NCBI GenBank assembly: GCA_002923395.1
Contig: BEIK01000001.1
Location: 21,331-85,330, forward strand
Direction: 5' to 3'
Length of the DNA stretch: 64,000 nt
Source of the DNA: a bacterium HR34
GTDB lineage: Bacteria; Patescibacteriota; Minisyncoccia; Minisyncoccales; HRBIN34
The position numbers and the translations under genes are program-made. This document shows positions 57,714 through 64,000 of this stretch, piece after piece. The notes under the pieces were generated by a model that searched no databases, was not told the origin of the DNA, and was given only the letters and a program-made list of their open reading frames with translations. Positions within the stretch are counted from its first letter, which is position 1, and every line of letters begins with the position of its first letter.

Positions 57714-57809
57714 ATGGTATTAGAATTTTACAACCAAGATGATGAATTTGAAGATGATGATTATGAAGAAGATGCCAATGAAGAAGATGAGGAAGAAGAG
57801 AATTATTAA
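57714..57809 (+). CDS. Unannotated 31-aa hyper-acidic peptide (MVLEFYNQDDEFEDDDYEEDANEEDEEEENY)
   Basis: ATG 57714 to TAA 57807-57809. The AAAGGTCGAATTAAAA motif sits 40 nt upstream. A GC-rich hairpin terminator follows immediately at 57826-57855. 21 of 31 residues are Asp/Glu. It is below the 60-aa ORF-track cutoff. Confidence 0.35.
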   Translation: MVLEFYNQDDEFEDDDYEEDANEEDEEEENY

Positions 57810-57825
57810 ATAAGTTGCGGGATAA

Positions 57826-57855
57826 CCGCCCTTTTCAAAAGGGCGGTTTTGTTTT
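57826..57855 (+). terminator. Rho-independent terminator after acidic-peptide ORF
   Basis: CCGCCCTTTT-C-AAAAGGGCGG hairpin followed by TTTTGTTTT. Confidence 0.75.
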
Positions 57856-57866
57856 ATAAGGGTTGA

Positions 57867-58028
57867 ATGCACAGGAAAAAAGATAAAAAATTTTATATCA
57901 AAACAAGAAATGGTGAGGCTATTATTTTATATAATATTGAAAATGGCAAAATTAACGCTTATCATACTTTTGTTCCAGAATCTGAAATGGGCAAGGGTTT
58001 GGTTTCAAAATTTGCAGTTGTTTTTTAA
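57867..58028 (+). CDS. Short GNAT-like ORF (53 aa), possibly a truncated YjdJ-type small acetyltransferase
   Basis: MHRKKDKKFYIKTRNGEAIILYNIENGKINAYHTFVPESEMGKGLVSKFAVVF resembles the N-terminal 50-60 aa of the about 90-aa GNAT-like (PF14542-type) family, including the HTxVPxxxxGKGLxS motif. It ends at TAA. The next frame continues with a plausible C-terminal remnant. Confidence 0.25.
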   Translation: MHRKKDKKFYIKTRNGEAIILYNIENGKINAYHTFVPESEMGKGLVSKFAVVF

Positions 58029-58133
58029 CTGGTTAGAAAAATAAAAATTAAAGGCTTTTGTAACTTATCCATTTTTAATAGATTTTGTTAAAAAACACAA
58101 AGAATATAAAAAATTTGTAATTAATAAAAATTT

Positions 58134-58463
58134 ATGAATACAATAAATTTAGATGACTTTTCGAAATTAGATTTAAGAGTTGGCAAGATATTAGAGGCAG
58201 AGAAAATAGAGAATTCAGAAAAATTAGTTAAACTTCAAGTTTCTTTAGGAGATGAGGAAAGGCAAATAATTGCTGGAATAGGTAAGAGTTATTTACCAGA
58301 AGAACTTGTCGGAAGGCTTGTTGTTGTTTTGGCCAATTTAGAACCTAAAAAATTAATGGGTTATGAAAGCCAAGGAATGATTTTGGCAGCATCTGATGAA
58401 ACAGGTTTGCCAAGTTTATTAACAGTTGATAAACAAATTTCTCCTGGCAGCAAAATAAAATGA
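58134..58463 (+). CDS. csaA: tRNA-binding protein (CsaA/Trbp111 OB-fold, MetG C-terminal-like)
   Basis: LDLRVGKILEAEKIENSEKLVKLQVSLGDEERQIIAGI matches the EMAP/CsaA tRNA-binding domain. 109 aa. Confidence 0.8.
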   Translation: MNTINLDDFSKLDLRVGKILEAEKIENSEKLVKLQVSLGDEERQIIAGIGKSYLPEELVGRLVVVLANLEPKKLMGYESQGMILAASDETGLPSLLTVDKQISPGSKIK

Positions 58464-59746
58464 AACACCATATATTTATAATATCTGGTTTCACCTTAAT
58501 TATTTATCCTATATTTTTCCTGCTTTTTAATTTAGAAAATATTTTTCCAGAAAAATTTGATCATAAAAAAACTGAAAAATTAGATTACCTTTCTAAAAAA
58601 ACAAAAAAGGCACCTGATGGTATTGACTATAATTTAAACTATTTTTTGAAAGATTATTTGCAGCCAAAAAAAAGTTCATATAATACCAATTTGTTTTTGG
58701 CTTCTGTTGGCATTGTGCCCGCAAAAGTTCAAAAACCTGAGTTTGTTAAAGGTGTTTATTTAACAAGTTATCTCGCCGCCAATAGAAATGTTGTTGCCAA
58801 TGTAATAAATTCTGCTAAATCCGGGAAAATTAACGCTGTTGTGATAGACGTGAAAGACCATACAGGATATCTAAGTTATAATAGCAATCTTCCAATAGTT
58901 GAAGAATATAAAACAGAGTATGTGATTATTCCTGATATAAAAGGATTGGTAGATTTACTTCACAAAAATAATATTTATGTCATTGCGAGAATGCCTGTTT
59001 TTCAAGATTATGCTTTATCTTTAGCAAGACCTGATTTGGCTTTGCACGATGAAAACGCTTTGAGTTTGTATAAACCCTTTCAGAATTATTATTCAGTTTT
59101 TACTTTATGGAAAGATAGAAAAGGTTTGCATTGGCTTGACCCTTCCTCAAAAGAAGTTTGGGAGTATAATCTTCAAATAGCGCAGGAACTAACGCAAATT
59201 GGTTTTGATGAAATTAATTTTGATTATATAAGATTTCCCTCGGACGGAGATCTTGAAAAACTCCATTTTCCTGTGTGGGATTATAAAAAGAAAAAAGAAG
59301 AAGTAGTAAGGGAGTTTTTTCAGTTTTTGAATGGTAATTTAAGAGGAAAAATTTATATTTCAGCAGATTTATTCGGCCTTACTACTGTTTCTTATGATGA
59401 TATGGGTATAGGGCAGGTTATAGAGTACGGATTTGAAAATTTTGATTTTGTTTGCCCGATGATATATCCGTCACACTATGCCAAAAACTTTATGGGATTC
59501 GAAAACCCGGCAGAACATCCTTATGAAGTTGTTAAAAACTCAATGGATAGTGCTTTTCAAAGATTAAAAAATGGTAACTATGAAAGCAAATTAAGACCAT
59601 GGCTTCAAGATTTTAATTTGTGTGCTGTTTATGATAAAAACCTGGTGCAAGATGAGATAAGGGCTGTTTTAGATTCTGCAAAAGGCAGAGAAGATTTATT
59701 GGACGGCTGGCTTTTGTGGGACCCATCAGGCTATTATAGTATTTAA
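58460..59746 (+). CDS. Membrane-anchored putative glycoside-hydrolase-like TIM-barrel protein (COG1306/DUF4015-like)
   Basis: N-terminal TM helix followed by a domain with blocks (INAVVIDVKDHTGYLSY, GFDEINFDYIRFPSDGD) resembling the GHL/DUF4015 family. Confidence 0.5.
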   Translation: MKHHIFIISGFTLIIYPIFFLLFNLENIFPEKFDHKKTEKLDYLSKKTKKAPDGIDYNLNYFLKDYLQPKKSSYNTNLFLASVGIVPAKVQKPEFVKGVYLTSYLAANRNVVANVINSAKSGKINAVVIDVKDHTGYLSYNSNLPIVEEYKTEYVIIPDIKGLVDLLHKNNIYVIARMPVFQDYALSLARPDLALHDENALSLYKPFQNYYSVFTLWKDRKGLHWLDPSSKEVWEYNLQIAQELTQIGFDEINFDYIRFPSDGDLEKLHFPVWDYKKKKEEVVREFFQFLNGNLRGKIYISADLFGLTTVSYDDMGIGQVIEYGFENFDFVCPMIYPSHYAKNFMGFENPAEHPYEVVKNSMDSAFQRLKNGNYESKLRPWLQDFNLCAVYDKNLVQDEIRAVLDSAKGREDLLDGWLLWDPSGYYSI

Positions 59747-59797
59747 AAAATTAAAAATTTTTTTGAATTTGGCATTTTATTTTTTTATAATAAACAT

Positions 59798-60373
59798 ATG
59801 GAGACAAAAAAACTTATTTTAATAATATCAATAATTGTTGTTCTTTTGGGAGTTGTATTATTTTTAAGGAGCAGTTTTATAATTAAAAAAGAAGGAAAAA
59901 CTACCAATTTACAATTAATATCAAAAAATATGATAATAGAGAGCCCTGCTTTTAAAAACAATGAAAGAATACCTCAAAAATACACTTGTGACGGAAAAGA
60001 TATAAATCCTCCTTTAATAATATCTGGCATTCCAGAAAATGCTAAAAGTTTAGCTTTAATAGTTGATGATCCAGATGCTCCAATGAAAGTTTGGGTTCAC
60101 TGGCTTTTGTGGAATATTCCTGCCTCTATTTCTGAGATAAAAGAGAATTCTGTTCCAGAGGAAGCGGTTTTAGGTATGAATGATTTTGGTAGATTGGAGT
60201 GGGGAGGACCCTGTCCACCGAGCGGAACTCACAGATATTTCTTTAAGGTTTATGCTTTAGATACAAATCTTGATTTGCCAGAAGGTTCAAGAAAAGAAGA
60301 TTTAGAAAAAGCAATGGAAGGTCATATTTTAGATTTTGCCCAATTAATAGGTTTGTACTCAAGAAAAAATTAA
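59798..60373 (+). CDS. YbhB/YbcL family Raf-kinase-inhibitor-like (PEBP) protein
   Basis: N-terminal TM/signal, then the PEBP core (YTCDGKDINPPL...DDPDAP...WVHWLLWNIP...GPCPPSGTHRYFFKVYALD). Confidence 0.85.
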   Translation: METKKLILIISIIVVLLGVVLFLRSSFIIKKEGKTTNLQLISKNMIIESPAFKNNERIPQKYTCDGKDINPPLIISGIPENAKSLALIVDDPDAPMKVWVHWLLWNIPASISEIKENSVPEEAVLGMNDFGRLEWGGPCPPSGTHRYFFKVYALDTNLDLPEGSRKEDLEKAMEGHILDFAQLIGLYSRKN

Positions 60374-60378
60374 TGGTT

Positions 60379-60831
60379 TTATAAAATTAAAGATTTGTTT
60401 TCGTTCCACAGAAAAAGAACAAGCTTTCCTTCTATTTGAGCCCAGCCGTTAATTGTTCCATCAGGGTTTACTGCCATATCGTGCACTTGCTCTATTTCTT
60501 TATCTTGCACTTTGTTTATTATTTTACTGTCAACAAATAAAGTTCTTTTATTTTCTATTTTTGCAATGCCAGCGTAATCTTCATAAGGGTGTTTTTCTAA
60601 GTATTCTATTTCTTCTATTTTTTTACCTTGAATATCTTCTATTATTCTTGTGTCATAGAACATAACCCATTTTCCGTCTACAAAAATTCTTCCTATAAGA
60701 ACACCATCTTTTGTTTTGTGAATATCTTTTACATTCTTTATGTCTTTGTTTAAAAGTTTTTCTAATTTTTCTATGTGTTGTATGATTTCACCTTTTTTAT
60801 ATTCTGGTTTTTTGAAGATTAGAGAAAACAT
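60379..60831 (-). CDS. Hypothetical protein with WG-containing beta-repeat-like segments
   Basis: 150 aa with repeated DGxxxGW/WV... segments (DGKWVMFYD, DGTINGWAQIEGKLVLFLWN). No catalytic motif. Confidence 0.4.
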   Translation of the reverse strand: MFSLIFKKPEYKKGEIIQHIEKLEKLLNKDIKNVKDIHKTKDGVLIGRIFVDGKWVMFYDTRIIEDIQGKKIEEIEYLEKHPYEDYAGIAKIENKRTLFVDSKIINKVQDKEIEQVHDMAVNPDGTINGWAQIEGKLVLFLWNENKSLIL

Positions 60832-60885
60832 ATTTTTAATAATTTACTTTTAATAATTTAATTTTAATTTTTCTACGAAATAAAA

Positions 60886-61731
60886 TCAATACTTGTTCGT
60901 TATTTTTAAAAATTCCTGCGCTTCGTTTAATATTTTAGTTGCATTTTTTCTAAAAATTCCAATTCTCATTAAATCGTTTTCTGTGGCGCTAGTAAGATCT
61001 TTAATGAGTATTATGTTGTTTTGGAACAATAAATTTTTTGTCGTGTTGTTAATAGAGGGCAGTGCTGTTATAGGGTATAAAGATTTTTCTTCTATTAGTT
61101 TTTCCAGGCTTTCTTTTTTAGGATATTTCCAGCCGGTTAATTTAATATTTCTGCATCTTGCAAATAAAATTGTATTGTAGGTAAACTTAGTGTTGGTTAT
61201 AAGCCAGGCTATGTGTTGCGCCATATCTTTATTTTCTCTTCTTTTTTCTTCTATATCCAAAAGTCTTGCATAAAGATACATTACAACTTTTACATCAGAT
61301 TTTATTCCTCTTTGATTGTGATACTTGTTTTCTATTATGTAGTGAACGCCATCTTTTATTGCTAAAATATCAATTTCATGATCTACACATTTTCCCTTCA
61401 TAATTTGATTTACTTTTGTTATGTAGCCATACTCATTTAAAATTCTCGCTGTGTATTTTTCAAAAACCCTTCCCTCTGGCCCTAAATCCATTATTGCTTT
61501 TTTAAGCGAGTATTTTACAGCACAAACTAGGTTGTTTTTGCACAAGAACTTGTGAACAGTTTTATGAATTGTTTGAGTGTCAGTTCTTTCAGGAAGGTGT
61601 TTTATGATATCTTTGCATATTACTTGAGCGTCTTTTCTTGCAACACCTGCTTTTATTAATGATTTACACAATTTTTCTTTGTTGAATTTTTCTAAAGTTT
61701 TGTCTGATTTTACAACTTCTTTTATTGTCAT
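60886..61731 (-). CDS. ATP-cone domain fused to Mrr-like PD-(D/E)xK restriction endonuclease domain
   Basis: The N-terminal about 90 aa resemble the ATP-cone (KSDKTLEKFNKEKLCKSLIKAGV...AQVICKDIIKHL). The central region has the Mrr_cat-like core (FEKYTARILNEYGY...VDHEIDILAIKDGVHYIIENKYH). The C-terminal part is HhH-like. Confidence 0.55.
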   Translation of the reverse strand: MTIKEVVKSDKTLEKFNKEKLCKSLIKAGVARKDAQVICKDIIKHLPERTDTQTIHKTVHKFLCKNNLVCAVKYSLKKAIMDLGPEGRVFEKYTARILNEYGYITKVNQIMKGKCVDHEIDILAIKDGVHYIIENKYHNQRGIKSDVKVVMYLYARLLDIEEKRRENKDMAQHIAWLITNTKFTYNTILFARCRNIKLTGWKYPKKESLEKLIEEKSLYPITALPSINNTTKNLLFQNNIILIKDLTSATENDLMRIGIFRKNATKILNEAQEFLKITNKY

Positions 61732-61785
61732 ATAATTAAATTAACCAATTTTATTTTATCATTTTTTAAAAAATGAATTAAATTT

Positions 61786-63090
61786 ATGAAAAAAATTGTA
61801 AAGCGTCTTTATTTATTAGAAGAAAAAAGACAGCAAGAAACATTGCAAATGATTCCGAGCGAAAATCATGCAAGCAAGGCTGTTAGAGAATGTTGTGCAT
61901 CTTTTTTTATGAATAAATACTCAGAAGGCTATCCTTTTAAAAGATATTATCAGGGCAATAAATATGTAGATGAACTTGAATCGCTTGTTATAGAAAAAAT
62001 CAAAAAAATATTCAAAGTAGAACACGCAAATGTTCAGCCTTATTCTGGCTCCCCGGCGAATTCTGCTGTTTTGTTTGGATTGTTAAATTATGGAGATAAG
62101 ATAATGGGGTTAAAGTTGTCAGCAGGCGGTCATCTCACACACGGCCATTCAAACATAACTTTTTCTGGAAGATTTTTCAAGTCAGTTCAGTTTGACGTGA
62201 ACGAGAGAGGTTTTATAGATTACGACGAAGTTGAAAGATTGGCCCTAAAAGAAAAACCAAAACTTTTAATAATAGGAACAACTTCTTATCCAATGAAATT
62301 GGATTGGGAGAGGTTTGGGAAAATAGCAGATAAAATAAAAGCATACTTTGTTGCCGATATTGCTCATGTGGCGGGGTTGGTAACAGGTGGTGCTTATCCT
62401 TCGCCAGTACCCTTTTGCCATATAGTTACAACAACTACTCACAAAACATTGCGTGGTCCAAGAGGGGCAATAATAATGATAACTAAAAAGGGGTTAGAAA
62501 AAGATAAAGAATTAAAGGAAAAAATTGATAGGGCGGTTTTTCCGGGGTTGCAAGGCGGCCCCCACAACAACACAACTTTAGCAATCTTACAATGTCTTTG
62601 CGAGGCAGAAACAAAAGAGTTTAAAAAATACGCAAAACAAGTTGTAAAAAACAGCAAAGTTTTAGCGCAAGAATTTAAGAAAGCAGGTTTGAAACTTGTT
62701 TGTAATGGAACAGAAAGCCATTTAATAGTTATCGATTTAAGGCCACTGAATGTATTGGGTAATGTTGCAGCAATTGCTTTAGAAAGAGCAGGTATAATAG
62801 TTAATAGCAATTCAGTGCCGCATGATCCAATGCCGCCTTTTTATCCTTCTGGGATTCGCCTTGGAACACCAGCCTTAACCACAAGAGGAATGAAAGAAAA
62901 AGAAATGAAAATTATAGCAGGTTATATAGTTGAAGTTTTAGAGGCAATAAAACATATGCAAACGCCGAGCAAAAAAGAAGAAATAAAAAATTACTTGTCA
63001 AAGTATAAAAAAGAAATAGAAAAAAACAAAAAACTTTTAGAGATTGCCAAAAAAGTTAAAAAACTTGCGTTAAAGTTTCCGATAAAATAA
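61786..63090 (+). CDS. glyA: Serine hydroxymethyltransferase
   Basis: PLP-binding region (TTTTHKTLRGPRGAII) and SHMT N-terminal motifs (MIPSENHASKAVRE, YSGSPANSAVLFGLL). Confidence 0.95.
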   Translation: MKKIVKRLYLLEEKRQQETLQMIPSENHASKAVRECCASFFMNKYSEGYPFKRYYQGNKYVDELESLVIEKIKKIFKVEHANVQPYSGSPANSAVLFGLLNYGDKIMGLKLSAGGHLTHGHSNITFSGRFFKSVQFDVNERGFIDYDEVERLALKEKPKLLIIGTTSYPMKLDWERFGKIADKIKAYFVADIAHVAGLVTGGAYPSPVPFCHIVTTTTHKTLRGPRGAIIMITKKGLEKDKELKEKIDRAVFPGLQGGPHNNTTLAILQCLCEAETKEFKKYAKQVVKNSKVLAQEFKKAGLKLVCNGTESHLIVIDLRPLNVLGNVAAIALERAGIIVNSNSVPHDPMPPFYPSGIRLGTPALTTRGMKEKEMKIIAGYIVEVLEAIKHMQTPSKKEEIKNYLSKYKKEIEKNKKLLEIAKKVKKLALKFPIK

Positions 63091-63112
63091 AATAATAGAA
63101 ACGTTCGAAATT

Positions 63113-63802
63113 ATGGAAAAAAAGATACAACTATCACCTTCGTCAATAAATTTATTTTTGGAGTGTCCTGCTTGTTTTTGGCTTGAAAAGAAAATGGGCA
63201 TAAGAAGGCCGCCTCCTTATCCTTATACTTTAAACTCTGCAATTGACCAACTATTAAAAGCAGAATTCGACGAATGCAGGATTCAAAACAAAATACCTGA
63301 AATTATTCAAGAAAAAGGAATAAAAGCTCATCTTTTTCCAAACCAACAACTTATTTCTCAATGGAGAAGTAACTTTTCGGGATTAAGATATTATGATGAG
63401 AAATTAGATGCTGTTTTATTCGGAGCAGTTGACGATATTTTAGAGTTTGAAGATGGTAGTTTGTCGCCTCTGGATTGCAAGTCAACAGGAGGTAATGTTG
63501 CCAATGTTTACGATAGATTTCAAATACAAATGGATATATACTCTTACTTGCTCGAAAGGAATGGATTTAAAACTAACGGCAAGGCATACCTTGCTTTTTA
63601 CATAGTTGATAAGTCAGATGGTTTTGGCGATGCAAAATTATCTTTCAAAAAAGAACTCCACGAAATAGAAACTAAAACAGATGACGTTCCGGATATTTTT
63701 TCTGATGCCATAAAAGTTTGCCGACAAAACAGCATTCCTAATCATAGTCCTGAGTGTGAGTTTGGCAAGTGGTACAAAAAAGTAAAAATAATAAGTTTAT
63801 GA
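63113..63802 (+). CDS. Cas4-like / RecB-family PD-(D/E)xK nuclease with putative Fe-S cysteines
   Basis: N-terminal Cys pair (LECPACFW), a PD-(D/E)xK-like core (DDILEFEDGSLSPLDCKST...QMDIYSYLL), and C-terminal Cys residues (CRQN...PECEFGKW), as in Cas4/DUF83 nucleases. No CRISPR array or cas genes in the window. Confidence 0.6.
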   Translation: MEKKIQLSPSSINLFLECPACFWLEKKMGIRRPPPYPYTLNSAIDQLLKAEFDECRIQNKIPEIIQEKGIKAHLFPNQQLISQWRSNFSGLRYYDEKLDAVLFGAVDDILEFEDGSLSPLDCKSTGGNVANVYDRFQIQMDIYSYLLERNGFKTNGKAYLAFYIVDKSDGFGDAKLSFKKELHEIETKTDDVPDIFSDAIKVCRQNSIPNHSPECEFGKWYKKVKIISL

Positions 63803-64000
63803 TTTACAAGGTTTTATATGATCTAGTTTTTATTATGGCTGTTGTGAATGTTATAATGGTTTTGCTATTGGCTTTGTCTTGCAGGTGTATAGTTGGGAAA
63901 AAAATATACGAGTTGTTGAAAAAGATAAGTTTTTATAATAAAATATATCAATATCATTGTTTATATTGGAAAATATTTTTTATTTCAGTTATGATACATG

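Noticed and set aside
1-64000. CRISPR arrays
   Set aside because: No regularly spaced direct repeats of 24-40 nt were seen in any intergenic region. The only recurring short elements are the two motifs reported, which are irregularly spaced and kilobases apart.

Overview
This is a 64 kb gene-dense, AT-rich (~30% GC) bacterial chromosomal segment. It uses the standard genetic code (TGA is a stop, e.g. smpB). The gene content suggests a reduced-genome Patescibacteria/CPR-like organism: type IV pilus assembly genes, competence genes (comEC, dprA), a short FtsZ and many small hypothetical membrane/secreted proteins, but no large biosynthetic operons.

Most of the window is housekeeping:
- Type IV pilus: pilX-like, pilM, pilN, pilO, plus a 5'-truncated minor-pilin-like gene at the left edge.
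- Translation: infC-rpmI-rplT, rplS, rpsU, rpsA-like, leuS, hisS, pth, and 10 tRNA genes, all on the minus strand.
- Ribosome rescue: smpB immediately followed by the tmRNA gene.
- DNA metabolism and stress: polX, ino1, ftsH, gyrA, recG, topA, mfd (short form), relA/spoT, parAB.
- Cell envelope and division: glmS, yvcK-like, a GlmU-like nucleotidyltransferase, PAP2, ftsA-ftsZ, lepB, htrA, glyA.

Features that the housekeeping genes do not explain:
1. A tandem array of three paralogous small secreted proteins downstream of gyrA, each with a Cys-rich ectodomain and a C-terminal two-helix hairpin (VirB2/TrbC-type T4SS-pilin-like).
2. A complete Shaker-like voltage-gated K+ channel gene (S1-S6, arginine-rich S4, TTVGYGD filter) broken by two compensating frameshifts at homopolymer runs.
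3. A recurrent AAAGGTCGAA(W)TTAAAA intergenic motif upstream of at least four genes. One of these is an unannotated 31-codon ORF encoding a hyper-acidic peptide that has its own strong terminator.
4. An orphan promoter plus strong intrinsic terminator with no ORF (candidate sRNA) between dprA and mfd.
5. A tRNA with anticodon UAU (Ile/AUA).
6. A gene encoding an ATP-cone domain fused to a Mrr-like nuclease, and a standalone Cas4-like nuclease with no CRISPR array.
7. A second repeated 22-nt intergenic motif, and an operator-like palindrome upstream of parAB.

CDS coordinates follow the supplied ORF track. RNA features, terminators and motifs were placed by hand and may be off by 1-2 nt.
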